DNA of 64,000 nt from Octopus sinensis (taxonomy: Eukaryota): the NCBI RefSeq assembly GCF_006345805.1, contig NC_043021.1, positions 7,564,001 to 7,628,000 of the forward strand, given 5' to 3'. The translations under genes and the position numbers were made by a program. Shown here piece by piece: positions 39,168-53,084 of the stretch. Position 1 is the first letter of the stretch. Every line of letters starts with the position of its first letter. Below the pieces are notes generated by a model. The model had not been told where the DNA came from and searched no databases. It saw only the letters and a list, made by a program, of their open reading frames with translations.

Positions 39168-40594
39168 AATGACAGGCTTCTTTCAGTTTCCTTCAACCAA
39201 ATCCACTAACAAGGCTTTGGTCAGCCCAAGGCTATAGTGGAAGACACTTGCCCAACGTGCTATGCAGTGGGACTGAACCCAGAACCATGTTCTTGGGAAG
39301 CAAACATCTTACTACACAACCACATTTGCACCTATGGTAATTAAATATGGTAATTATAATTAAAATAATTACCAGCAATATATTGGAATCAATTTAAATG
39401 ATTATACACACTATCTGCTCAACAAAATAAAACATAAATAAATCAAATGTGGTACCGAATCAGTTTTGAATCTGACTGGTTTGGTTGTTGCTGTTTCAGT
39501 ATCCCAGACTCAAGATAAACAAAGCAACAATGTGTTTGGTTGATGGCACAGACAATAGGAATAAAAGCATATAGAAGAATCAGAATCGAATGTATTGACT
39601 TGCTGCACAATAGCAACCCACCAAAGACCAATCCTAATTCTATGGTACAAACATCCTGCTTTAAAATGTGTTAAATTTTAAATGTGCTAAACCTTCCATC
39701 AAAATTTTATGCTAATTTATGTTCCAGACACCAGCTTAATAATCACAAATTTTATTCAATTCTTCATTATTTTCAAAGCAGTGTATTGCAACACAAAAAA
39801 AGTAATGAAAGTATTAAAGTGATCCGCATTAAAGCCACTCAACCAAATTTCATATGTTACTCTATGTTCTAAACATCGGCTTAATAGTGACAAATTTTAC
39901 TAAATTCTTCAAAGTAGTGTATTGCAACACAAATAAGGTCACAAGAGTATTAAAGTGATCTACATTAAAGCCACTCAACAAAATCTCGTGTTAATTTATG
40001 TTCCAAATGCCAGCTTAATAGTGAAAAAATTATTTTACTTAATTTTTCATTATTTTCAAAATTAATTGAAATAAAAGCAGCGCATTGCAATAGAATTATG
40101 ATAACAAAAGGACTAATACAGACACATTCAAGTCTTTGACACACAGACATACTGACTCTTCTCTTTGTCTTTTCTATAACTCCAGCAATGGCCTCCGTTC
40201 CTCAGAGCTGACCAGTTTTGTATCCCCTACATTCAAACACTTCAACCCATCAATTTTATCACCCTTCCTCAGTCCAGCACACTCAGGCCCCTCATTAACC
40301 ATTACGTCCAGTCTTTCTGTCCCAAAGCATATGCTTGTCCATGGAAGCTACTGTAACCTGTAAGAATTTAAAACTATTTTGTCTTGCTGTAAGCTTTCAA
40401 AAGACGACACACTTTCCTGAATTTTCTACCATAATTCAACGAAGGAGTTCTGAAATGCTTTCTCCTTTGCATGTGTGTATGTGGGTGCATGTGTGTATGT
40501 GTGTGTGTGAGTATATGCTGGAGTGCGTATATGTGAGCATGTGGGTGAATGAATCCATGTATGTGCACACATATGTATGCGTATGAAAATGAGC

Positions 40595-41120
40595 GAGAAA
40601 AGAGTGTGTGTATGTGTAAGAGACAGAAAGCGACAGTGTGTGACTGTAATTGACACACAAAAAGAGAGTGATGATGTGTGTATGTATATGTGTGTGTGAG
40701 AGTAACTGTATGTTTGTATGTGTGTGTGTGAGAGATAGAGATAGAGACAGAGATGAGAGTGTAAGTGTAAGATAGTGATTGTGTGTGTAAATGCATGTGG
40801 GAGTGAGGTGAGTATATATATGAGTGTGAGAGAACGACTGAGTGTGTATGACATGAGAAAAGAGTGTGTGTATGTGTAAGAGACAGAAAGAGACAGAGTG
40901 TGACTGTATGTGACACACAAAAAGAGAGAGTGATGATGTGTGTATGTATGTGTGTGTGTGAGAGTAACTGTATGTTTGTATGTGTGTGTGTGAGAGATAG
41001 AGATAGAGACAGAGATGAGAGTGTAAGTGTAAGATAGTGACTGTGTGTGTAAATGCATGTGGGAGTGAAGTGAGTATATATGTGAGTGTGAGAGGAAGAC
41101 TGAGTGTGTATGACATGAGA
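40595..41120. repeat. ~261-bp tandem duplication of (TG)/(AG)-rich sequence
   Basis: GAGAAAAGAGTGTGTGTATGTGTAAGAGACAGAAAG at 40595 and 40856. Confidence 0.85.
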
Positions 41121-41689
41121 AGTATACACGAGAGAGAGAGAGAGAGAGACACTGAATGTATAAGCCTGTATAGAAAGCTCAGAGAGAAACTGCGTGATAG
41201 CATTCAACAAGAAATCAATAATTCTCTCTAGTATAAAAATACAACAAAATTCACTGACAGTTACTACTACTACTACTACTATTAATGCTGCTGCTGCTGC
41301 TATTACTATTACCACTACTACTGTTACTGCTACTATATTTGCTGCTGATGCTATTGTGGTCTTAGCTGTGGCTGTTGCTGCTGTTATTGTTAGCTTATGG
41401 CAGCTGGAAAAGTACCAATGGTTGTATCATGTGAGGAACAAGTACGAAGAAGATAGAAGTGGAAGGGAGAGAGAGGAAGGAAGGAATAAATGTAAAAGAG
41501 AGAATGTAGGGAAAGATATGGAAATGGTATAGAAATATGAGGGAGAGAAAGAGAGGAAGGAGTTGGAAAAAAAGAGCAAAGGAGAGAGTGACGGGGAGAA
41601 GCAAAGAGACGTGGAAAAGGAAAGAGAGTAGAATGGGGAAAAAAGAGAAGAGTAAGAAAAGCAAGGAGAGGAGAGCAAAGAGAGGAGGG

Positions 41690-42305
41690 CAAAGAGGTGA
41701 AGAAAAGGGGTAAAGAGAGAGCAACAAGAGAGGAGCAAGAGAGGGCAACGAGAGGGGACAACAAGAGGGGCAACGAGAGGGCAACAAGAGGGACGAAGAG
41801 GGGACAAAGAGGAGAGCAAGGGAAGGCAAAAAGATGAGAGCAAGAGAAGGCAAAGAGAAGAGAGCAAGAGAAGGCAAAGAGAAGAGAGCAAGAGAAGGCA
41901 AAGAGAGGAGAGCAAGTGTGGTAACGAGAAGAGCGTAAGAGGGGTAAAGAGAGGAGAGCAAGAAGGGGTAAAGAGAGGAGAGCAAGTGGGGTAAAGAGAG
42001 GAGAGCAAGTGGGGTAAAGAGAGGAGAGCAAGTGGGGTAACGAGAGGAGAGCAAGTGTGGTAACGAGAGGAGAGTAAGAGGGGTAAAAAGAGGAGAGCAA
42101 GAGGGGTAAAGAGAGGAGAGCAAGTATGGTAACGAGAGGAGAGTAAGAGGGGTAAAGAGAGGAGAGCAAGAGGGGTAAAGAGAGGAGAGCAAGAGGGGTA
42201 AAGAGAGGAGAGCAAGAGGGTAAAGAGAGGAGAGCAAGAGGAGTAAAGAGAGGAGAGCAAGAGGGGTAAAGAGAGGAGAGGAAAAGAAGGCAAAGAGAGG
42301 AGAGC
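41690..42305. repeat. Purine-rich ~23-bp minisatellite (GAGGAGAGCAAGAGGGGTAAAGA)
   Basis: Period of 23 visible at 42181/42204; the source of the spurious Leu/Ser/Pro ORFs. Confidence 0.9.
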
Positions 42306-44277
42306 ATCCACAATGCTAGTGTTCTAGATACACTCTTATAAAAGATATTCTAACATATTTGGATTTAAATATCTAATTCAAGTTTTGATCAACATTCCAG
42401 CTGTAATCAGCAGGTTTTTGTATGCATACTGTCTTCAGATTAAAGACTTCAAACACGTCTATCTTAACTGTTTAACATTCAGATTACTCTGTCAAATGTA
42501 ATGCTTATGTATTCACATCATTTTAAATTAATCGTGCATTATTTCAAAGCTTTGGAATTTCGATGATTGTGATTGTTTATTTTTAAAATGACAATGTAGG
42601 GTAGGTGTGAAAGGCCAGATCTGACCGGCTTGCAGATAAAACAGGTAGAATATTTTGGCTGGACTTTGCTGGTTTAAATGTCGAAGGGTTAAAGATTTCT
42701 AAGTCCTGGAGAAGACATCAAATTGCATCTGGTGGTGAGATCAAACTCAGGAGTTGAAGAGGGGTTTTCGAGAGTAAAGAGGTATCCTTCAGTCTTCACT
42801 CCATCCAAGTCTACTCTGGTTCAGGGGCTGTAATACTTATTAAGGACTCCAGTTATGAGTCAAAGAACAGCAGACATTCCTCTGGCTAAAGCATAAAAGG
42901 CTTGGAGGAGGGCTGGCTGCTAGACATTTGTCACACAGGCCTGCTGGTGTGTGAATGTACTTTTATACCATACATGGACCAGTATCCCTTTTAAGGTTTA
43001 AGTAGACCCTATACTTCATGACACCAACAAAGGATACACAACTAGAAGGACTGGAACTGGATCAACTACTTCACTGTTTTAGTTCCAAATCCAAAGAATG
43101 AACATGTATATATCTGAGATATATATATATATATATATATATCTGAGATATATATATCTGAGATATATATATATATCTGAGATATATATATATATATATA
43201 TATATATAACTATGATTACAGAGAAAGAGAAAAAGGAAGAATGAAAAAAAAGAGAAAGTGAAACAGAGAAAGAATGAGAGAAAGAAAAAGGGAGGAATGA
43301 AAAGAAAATGAAATGAAGGAAAGAGATGAAGTAAAAATTAGGAAAAGTAAAAGAAAGGAAAACAAAGAAGAAAAAGAAAAAGTGAAAGAGAACAAAGTAG
43401 AAGAAATGGTAATAGAAAAAAAGGAAGAAAAGAAAGAAGAGAGGAAAAATAAAATGAGAGAAAAATAATTTTTTTCTTGAGAGAAAAACAAAGAGTGAAT
43501 GAGAAATTATAATTACAAACAAAAGAAACTAGTATGAATTAATTAACTAATTAGTCTTTATGCCTAATGAATTAGTTATATTAATAATGTAGAATGTATT
43601 AACATGGCTAACCTGTAGGTGGGAGGGAAATGAAGATTGAACTAATTAACACTAATTTAAAGATAGGAAGACCAAATCCCATACAGCCAGTGGGGGCAAG
43701 AGAAACTTTTCTCATCTCTTACGTTTTACTTCTTTCAGTCACTGGACTGCGGCCATGCTGGGACAACACCTTAAAGGATTTAGTCAAACAAATCAACCCC
43801 AGTTCATTTTGCTTTTATTTTTTTAAAGAGTGGCACTTATGCTACTGGTTTCTTTTGTTGAACTAAGTTACAAGGACATAAACAAACCAACACCGGTTGT
43901 CAAGCCAGCGGGAGGCCGGCCAAACACATACACACATACATATGTGACAAGATTCTGTACAGTTTCCATCGGTTACCCCTCTCACACAGCATTGGTCAGC
44001 CTGGGGCAAAAGTAGAAGACACTTTCCTAAGGTGCTGTGCACAGGGACTGAACTTGAAGCCATGTGGCAGCAAAGTGAGCTTCTTAACGATACACCAATG
44101 CCTGCATGTAATTTGTAGGGTCTTTTATATTATGCCAATATCAGAAAGAAATCGTGGTAACTAATGCTCCACTTGATTCTTTCCCATTAAACTGTTTAAA
44201 ACAACTTCAACAACAAACAGTGATGTGTATAAAATTCTCAGAGAAAGAGAATGCAGCAACAACTATACAAAACTTAC

Positions 44278-44343
44278 CTCCACGGAGTACATCTGTTCGG
44301 CAGTTTTATTGTCTTTGATCCGGTCAAATAAATCCTGACACAA
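44278..44343 (-). CDS. unc-104: unc-104/KIF1A-like coding exon 4 (LCQDLFDRIKDNKTAEQMYSVE)
   Basis: 66 nt; TTCCAG acceptor, GTAAG donor; in frame. Confidence 0.95.
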
Positions 44344-45461
44344 CTGGAATATACATAAGAAAGAACAACGGTGAGGATTAAATGGCAGAACTAAACAAAA
44401 TGAAAATTTTTCGTCTGGATGATTAAGAGAGAACATGGTTTTTAGCATACAAGCTAACAATGTGGTTTATTAACTGAACAGTATTTACTTGTGAACTTTC
44501 ATGCTCTGGATTCAAATCCTGCTGAGGTTGTCTTTCACTTATATTCTTCATGATTCAATAATTACCAATTAAGTATACTGAGACTAACCTAATCAACTAC
44601 CTTCGTCCCCTGCACTTTTGAGGCCTTTAAGATATCAATGATACAATGCTTTTGGCCCTTAAAGCAACAAGTAGATCCAACTTATTAACAGAGAGAGAGG
44701 CTGAACTATTTCCCAGGGATGGTTCTAAATTACATATGGTAGTGGTGCCCTGGTTCAGGAATTCTAGGATGTTGATGCAATGTGGGGACCACCTCTTAAC
44801 CACTATTCTTCTTAGGACTACTGTAGCCTGGAGTAGTAACATCTGTCAGGCTCTCAGCTACGGGTTTTTTTAGTATATTATGGAAGAAGTTTTAATCCCA
44901 AATGCTCACCACCTTGTGAGTATCTTGAGTAAGGAAAAAACTAGGGAAGTCAACTGTGACAAACTAAGGAGTGGGGTCTTTCAGGCAGTTTGGTGCCCTC
45001 TTTGATACCCTTCCAGCAACTCCAGGGTTGGTGGGGGCTCTCCCGCCCTGTGAGATAATTCACCTAGGGGAAGGCTACACCAATGTAAAATCCTATATCT
45101 TGCTGGTCACTCCAGCCACCTTGGCCCACTGTGCCACTGTGGTCAGACCTTTAAGTCAAAAGAGAGGAATCGGATTGCATAGAGTGACTCTCCCTTTAAA
45201 AGGAGAAGGGGTAAAAAGACAGGTAGTGGATGGTATTGGTAGTCACAGCCTCAATTCTACATGATGTTCACACACAAAGAACTGCCATCACCAGATTGAG
45301 CCAATAAGAGATAATTATCTTGGCTGGCACAAGAACACAGTACAATACTGAAAATACAATAGAGACCTTTGATCTTTCAATTGATATACTGACCCTTAAC
45401 TCAATTGACATTTGCTGCTGCCCTATGAAATAGTTAGCCACACAAAGTACTCAAAGTAATC

Positions 45462-45493
<32 letters not shown>

Positions 45494-45869
45494 ATGAGCA
45501 AAATATTTGTGTCCTTATGATTAATAAATATATATATATATATATATTGCAATTTATAATGAATAGTAGTTAGTGATTATAGTTTGCCAACAGACCAATC
45601 TCTAGTCAATTCAATTTCTGACAGCTACACTGACAAGGGGAGTGTTGGTAACTTGGCACTGAACAAATAGTGTAAGAGACTTTGCACAATGAATATTAGC
45701 TTTCCGATTCATTTTTCTAACTGATGTTTATATGCTTCACTGATATACACCAGTAAAAGATACACACACACAACAAGCAGTGCGAGAACTCGATATCCAT
45801 GAAAGAGTGAAGATGTTTCTTACATGAAACCAATGGTAGCCTAAATATCTATGGTTGTGTTATGCTTAC

Positions 45870-45909
<40 letters not shown>

Positions 45910-46388
45910 TAATGAATAAATAAAACATATGCATATATACATACAAATATGTACGCACCTACCTCTACATGTATATATACATGCATATATGGGTACAGGA
46001 CATACAATACAAGGAAAATTCCCCTTCTTCAGTCGCTTTTGTTTCATCTACTCCACGTTTCGAAGGCCACACACACACACATATATATATAAACACAGTC
46101 AGGTTATACAAACACGTATATATGGACACATACACACACAATCTTTCCAGATAGTTTAAGTAAACATTGTATCGATGTGTGTGCATATGGATATGAGTTT
46201 ATGAGTGAGAAAATAAAAAAGTGTGTGTATGTGTGTGTAGGTGAATGTCAGAGGGAAAATGTATGAGAAAAGTTATGTATATGTAAGAATATGTGTATAT
46301 GGGAGAGAGAGATAGTGTGTGAGTGTGTGTGCATGCTCGCTAATTTGGAAAAGATGAGGAAGGGTGAGTAAATAAAGTAGCTTCTTAC

Positions 46389-46568
46389 CAGTGGGATTAT
46401 CCCACGTTGGCTGTCTTCATTCTTTCCCATCATGGTGTAGCTTTTCCCTGCACCAGTCTGTCCATATGCAAATATACAGACATTGTATCCTTCAAAAGCA
46501 TGTTCCAACATCTCCAGGCCGATGTCTTCATACACTTTTGTCTGGGACGAAAATTCAGGATCAGAAGG
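46389..46568 (-). CDS. unc-104: unc-104/KIF1A-like coding exon 3, with P-loop ([11 protein letters not shown])
   Basis: [60 protein letters not shown]; 180 nt; TTTCAG acceptor and GTAAG donor. Confidence 0.97.
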
Positions 46569-46968
46569 CTGAAAGAAAGAAAAATTAAAGATATATATAT
46601 ATATATATATATATTTATGTGTGCGTGCATTAAGGCTACCATTGGTTTCAGGTTAAGAAAAGTATGAAAATATCCTAGTGTCTTAACAATTTTTCAATCC
46701 AATAACATGGAGGCTTGAAAAATTGTTAAGACACTTGGAAATTTTCCTACTTTTCTTAACATGAAACCAATGGTAGCTTTACTTCACAAATAAAGAAATT
46801 ATATCTACCAATGCAGCGTTAAACACTCCTTTTCATCATTCAACATTTACATATATATATATATATAAGCAATAATTATAATGACAGAGAATATGGAGAG
46901 AGGTACATCCTCAAAATTTATTTATTTTTATTTTACAATGTCGTACAGCATATTTTTATGGTTATAAT

Positions 46969-47041
46969 GACCTACACGTGTTTCCACTGCACAGAGCGTA
47001 TACAACTGGATATAGTTTTCTGTGCAGCTTCATGCAGGATC
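46969..47041 (-). ncRNA. Near-complete type I hammerhead ribozyme motif (degenerate)
   Basis: GAUC-CUG(C)AUGA-A-GCUGCACAGA...UCUGUGCAGU-G-GAAAC-ACGU-GUA-GGUC: stems I and II and a palindromic stem III loop are present; 1-nt insertion in the core. Confidence 0.65.
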
Positions 47042-49298
47042 TTTCAACCAGCTTGGATCAAAGCAAACTCAGTGTGAATGACAACTCCTAATAGTCATAG
47101 ACTCTGAATACTAATCGATGCGGTTAGCTGAAACCTGGAACATAACTGAGGGTTATCGCGGTATTTGCCCAGAAATATATCACTCTAAGCACACGTGTGT
47201 GTGTGTGTGTGTGTGTGTATGTGTTTGCATGTGTGTAATGATGATGATGAACTCTCTTGTGAAAGACGATGTAGGAGTGTTCAGCTTTTTCCAAACAACC
47301 TGCAAAGATGATTTGTTTATAGCAATCAAACGTCTGTGCTATACAAATGTCTGTGCTCTCCACCAAATCGGCATTGCATGAAACGGTGTATCATGCATCA
47401 GATGTCAAAGTGAAAGCAGAGCAACACAGGATGAAGTGTTTTGCTCAAGAACACAACACCACCTGGGCTCAGAATTGAAACAATGATCTTACGATCATGT
47501 GTGCAACACGCTAACCACTAGGCCATACACCCTCATACATGTAAGGTGTACCATAATTCATGGCATCTGGTGGAGCATCACTGAAGATTTACCTTCGTTT
47601 AGTTAAAGACAGCAATCAAGGACTGTAATACAGCTTTCAGTCACTGAATTGCAACCATGCTGGGACACTGCCCTTAAGGGCTTACTTGATCAAATCAACA
47701 CAAGAAATTATTTTTTTAAAGTCTGTTATTTATTCTACCAGTTCCTTTTGCTGAACTGCTAAGTTATGTGGATGTAAACAAACTGACACCAGTTATCAAA
47801 CAGTGGGGAGAACAAACAGAAAAACACATACACACTCATATACGATGGGCTTCCATAGAGTTTCCATCTATCGAATTCACTCACAAAGCATTGGTCAGTC
47901 CGGGGCTATAGTAGACGACACTTGCACAAGATGCTACGCAGTGGGACTGAACCCAGAGCCACAGGCTGCAAAGCCTTTAGTCAAACAAATTGACTCCAGG
48001 ACTTATTCTTTGTAAGCTGAGACCTTATTCTATAGGGTCTTTTTTGCTGAACTGCCAAGTTACAGGGACATAAACATACCAACATCAGTTGTCAAGTGAC
48101 AGTGGGAGGGGGGACAAACACTGACACACAAACATATATATATATATATACATCTGTATGACTGGCTTGTTTCAGTTTCTGTCCACCAAATCCACTCACA
48201 AGGCTTTGGTCAGCCCAAAGCTATAGGAGAAGTCACTTGCCCAAGGTGCCATGCAGTGGGACTGAACGTGGAACCATGTGGTGGGTAAACAAGCTACTTA
48301 CCACATAGCTGATAGAAAAGTTAGGACGCTGGGCAAAATGCTTAGCGGTATTTTGTCTGGGCTACATTCTGAGTTCAAATTCTGCCGAGGTCGTCTTTGC
48401 CTTTCATTCTTTCAGGGTCGATTAAATAAGTACCAGTTACACACTGGGGTCAATATAATCGACTTAATCCGTTTGTCTGTCCTTGTTTGTACCCCATGTG
48501 TGTAGCCCTTTGTGGGTAGTAAAGAAATAAATATTGGTGGGGGGGTATCAAATTTTGCCCACAAGGTATTGCTTAGCCCAAGGTAACAGCAGAAGACTCT
48601 TAACTCTAGCTTTCTTACATTGGGCTTCAATGCTTGACCACATGGCTGAGAAGTAAACTTCTTAATCAAACAACCATGCCTGCACCTATAATTAATATTA
48701 CATATATTAAATATATTAATCTAATTTTATTCTGTTCAGTACTTATCTATTGATCCAGATATACAGAAGAGAATAAGATAGGGGGGGAGACATAGAGGTA
48801 GAATGAAAGAGAGAAAGAGGGAGGGACGATAACAGAAAGAGGGAGAGTGAGGAGAATAAGGAAGACAGAGGATGAAAAAAGTAGAGATAGAGAACGAGAG
48901 AGAAAGGGGAGAGAATAAAAAGGAGAGTGAGACGGGGAGGGTAAAAAAAAATAGCATTGTTGAAGGTGGATGGTTACAGCTAAATCAGGTCAAATTATAG
49001 CAGATTAACCGCCTATAATCTAATCTAGCTTTTATAGTTTTTAAAAGATGTAGCACAGTACTCCACCACCTGTATACAGAGACACAACACACAGAGGCGG
49101 TAGTGATTATATATATATATATATAAATGACATAGAAATAGTTTGATGAAATTTTATTTAATGAGAAAATTCTAATATCATGATGAATTGTTTTGTAACT
49201 CGCAAGCATGTAAATAATTTATATTATATTTAATGATAAATAAATATATGTGTATGTAAATATATATATATATATAGATATACATATATACATAAATT

Positions 49299-49332
<34 letters not shown>

Positions 49333-49635
49333 TATAAATTTATATACATATATACATTTATTTAAATTATATATAAAATATATACACATATGTATATAAA
49401 TATATATATACATACATATATTTAAATTATACATATGTAAATACATATATTTAAATTATATATAAATTTATATATATATATATATATATACACATATATA
49501 TAAATTTATATACATATATACATTTATTTAAATTATATATAAAATATATACACATATGTATATAAATATATATATACATACATATATTTAAATTTATACA
49601 TATGTAAATACATATATTTAAATTATATATAAATT

Positions 49636-49666
<31 letters not shown>

Positions 49667-49719
49667 TTACATATATATATATATATAAATTTACATATAT
49701 ATATGGACACAGACAGCTC

Positions 49720-50170
49720 ATCACACTGACCTGTCAAACAGCAACCTGTTGTCCTGTCTAACAGAAATCTACACTAACTGTCAAGCAGCAATCCACAGTC
49801 CCATCAAACAGTATTCCACACTGACCTGTCAAACAGTAGTCCACACTGTCCTGTCAAACAGTAATCCACACTGTCCTGTCAAACAGTAATCCACACTGTC
49901 CTGTCACACAGTAGTCCACACTGTCCTATCACACAGTAGTCCACACTGTCCTGTCAAACAGTAATCCACTGTCCTGTCAAACAGTAATCCACACTGTCCT
50001 GTCAAACAGTAATCCACTGTCCTGTCAAACAGTAATCCACACTGTCCTGTCAAACAGTAGTCCACACTGCCCTGTCAAAGAACATTCTGCAGGACTCTGT
50101 CAAACAGCAATCTGCAGGGCTCTGTCAAACAACAATCTGCTGGGCTCTGTCAAACAGCAATCCACACTGC
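49720..50170. repeat. 25-bp minisatellite (GTCAAACAGTAATCCACACTGTCCT)
   Basis: Period of 25 (49828, 49853, ...), degenerate at both ends. Confidence 0.92.
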
Positions 50171-50732
50171 TGACTAATTGAGATTGCAAACCCTGCTGCC
50201 ATGTCAGGCAACTACATATGCTACCGTATTAGACAGAAATTAATATTGCATGTCACGGTCAGATAACAAATTACTCTGCTGTCTCACAACCAGACAGCAA
50301 CCCATGCTCTCATGTCACAATCAATCTCCATCTTCCTATAGCCACATGGAGTCAATAGCAATTGGTTATCAGTCCTTGATAATGGAAGGTTTGAAGCATG
50401 GCCCAACCAGCATCTCTGATATCAGGTTTCACACTCTTATAATTCAATACAATAGAGTTACACCATCAGAGGTTGATTCTAATCTCTTTCCTGCTGATCT
50501 ATATTTTCCCAATGTTAGTGCCACTTTAATTCTAATGCAAAATTATACAAGGGTGTGGCACAGAAGACTCCAGTACTGGAACCCAACATTAAAAATTAAA
50601 ACCCCTGAGGTTAATGTCACTCAATCTGAAAGTAGTGTTCCAATATGTTCTTGGTCAATATTTTCAAAAATTCTGCATTTAAAAAACAAAAAAAAAAAAA
50701 AAAGAACACAGAGGTAATATTTTTCAACTTAC

Positions 50733-50815
50733 ATCAGTGTGGGACCAATATGAATAATCAAAATTAAAGCTCTTGTACATTTGGTCCTTGGGTCCAGGTT
50801 TAGGATTCTGTATAG
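50733..50815 (-). CDS. unc-104: unc-104/KIF1A-like coding exon 2 (T/IQNPKPGPKDQMYKSFNFDYSYWSHTD)
   Basis: Translated by hand (not in the ORF track). TTTGCAG acceptor, GTAAG donor, 83 nt, kinesin-3 FNFDYSYWSH motif, frame continuous with flanking exons. Confidence 0.95.
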
Positions 50816-51499
50816 CTGCAAAAGATAAAGAAATACAGGATCAATGAAATGAGGCCCTTACAGGTGTTGAGTCAATTTCTAACATATGCTAACGAACATT
50901 TTTGTAGTAAACTTTTATAACTTCTAATCCATTAAGATTGGGAATTCGAATTACTGCTAGTATATTTGTTGTTTCTCTCAGAAAGACATTCAGTATTCTA
51001 TATTTCAATACCTTGCTGGATGGTATGACAATTTTCTCATTCTATGGCAGTAGATCCCTCATCTGAGATGCCACATGCTGTAACACCTTCTCCAGCAGCA
51101 ACTTTTCAGTTTGTTTTAGCAATTAAGATCATTCTAGATCAATGATTTGCAACCATTTTTCTCCTATGGACCCCACTTGATTCTTGTTTCACTTGGATAG
51201 ACGCTCATAACCATTTATTTGATCTTTAAAAAATCCTATTATATTTTCATGATTATTATTAGGAATTATATATAAAAAATTATTAAAATATTTTAGATAA
51301 ATTTCAACAACGAAATCTTATATGGACCCTCCAAGGGCCATGTTGAATCCAATTGAGAACCACTGCTTAAGAGTATCATCTTCAGCTCTTTCTTTTTTTT
51401 TTCTTAGGTTAAGCTAGAGTATGGATCAAAGGAGACCCATAGGGACAGAAGACCTAACAGAAACATCTAATCAAACACTTTCACTTTCTTTTTAAGACA

Positions 51500-51800
51500 G
51501 ACGAGATTAAGATAATGAGTCGAGAGGTACTTAAGGAACATTGTCAAGAGCATCAGAAGATTTAAGGGCACATTCTGTATCTGTTGGAATATAGAATAAC
51601 CTACATTGCCAGTGGCTGGGTAGCAGAGGGAAACAGAAGAAACCAAAGAAGAGTACAGAAGATATTATAGCAGAAGATTTTATAGACTTAGAAAAGATGG
51701 GAATTATCTGGAGTGGTACAAAAATGCAGCAAGTGACAGAGCCCAACAGAAACAACTTAGTGCCCAATGTCCCACAAGAGAAACAAAGAACTAAGAAGAG
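51500..51800 (+). mobile_element. Degenerate RTE-like LINE 3' end
   Basis: Broken frames give RFKGHIL and DLEKMGIIWSGT..AASDRA, similar to RTE C-termini. Confidence 0.5.
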
Positions 51801-53031
51801 TATGATTTGAGAGCTATCTGGTGGTCATTTCTGGCAGATTGAGTGACTACATAGAAACTATTTGAGTCTCTTTTTTTCCTATGTCCCTTCATTCTGCATC
51901 ATCATCATCATCATCATCATCGTTTAATGTCCACTTTCCATGCTAGCATGGGCTGGACGGTTCAACTGGGGTCTGAGGAGCCTGAAGGCTGCACCAGGCT
52001 CCAGTCTGATCTGGCAGTGTTTCTACAGCTGGATGCCCTTCCTAACGCCAACCATTCCGAGAGTGTAGTGGGTGATTTTATGTGCCACCGACACAGGTGC
52101 CATCGAGGCTGGCGAACGGCCACGCTCGGATGGTGTTTCTTTATGTGCCACCAACACAGGTGCCAGACGAGGGTGGCAGACGCCCACACTCTGAGTCTCC
52201 CTCACACAGCATCCAGACATGGAAGTTGCAGATTTACGCAGAGAATGAGATTCATGTAGATTTTGTGATGCAAAGCTGAGAATTGAACTCTCTTCAACCA
52301 GGACTTCTGCTTCTCCATACAAGGCACAAACTAAATACTTCAACTGAAAGAAGGTACCACTCCAAAGTTGCTCAAGCTGCAAGAAATAGCAACCAAATCT
52401 CCTACAGATCACACTCTACCATCATAAATAAAGAGAGGATAGCTAAGTCCATTTAGTTCAGTGGTTCTCAACTACAGGTCTCAGGGTTGCATGCAGCCCT
52501 CAAGCATTTTCCTGGTGGCCCCACCAACAGTCTTCCTTCTACAAGCATAAATTTTTCTTTTGGTGCAGCCCCCTAATAAAAAAAATCCTGGTTTGGGATC
52601 TGGTCTGGATATTAAAATGTTTGAAAACTACTGATAAATGGTTGTGGCTGGAACATTTTTGATCATGAAACTGCAAAACACTTCTAAAATGCACAAGCAC
52701 AGATTTTTGGATTCAAGATATCACATGCTTTGATATTGGAAGGCAAGGTTTTTTTCTGTGTTTTTAAATTATTTTTTGTTCTGGCTTGTTTTTTTCTTTC
52801 CTGCTTCATATCAATTTGTATATTTTATTGTGGATGAGATAAATATCTGATTTGGAACAACTGTTTTTTACAGGTTTATCTTTATTTTTTTTTTAAAAGC
52901 TTGAAATAAGTTGTAACATACAGATTGTCAAAACGAAGGCAAACAAGAGTCATGTGCTCTTAGCTAGTTACGTCCGGCCCACAGTTTAAACTAATAACCA
53001 CCAGACAAACACACACACCACACACACACAC

Positions 53032-53084
<53 letters not shown>

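Noticed and set aside
40374-42313. Long 200-310-aa ORFs
   Set aside because: Produced by (TG)/(AG) and 23-bp tandem repeats that lack stop codons; overlapping in all three frames; no domain signal.
45620-45680. CTGACAAGGGGAGTG... as another hammerhead
   Set aside because: No GAAA box or convincing stems could be assembled.
49720-50170. 25-bp repeats as a CRISPR or iteron array
   Set aside because: Contiguous minisatellite without spacers.
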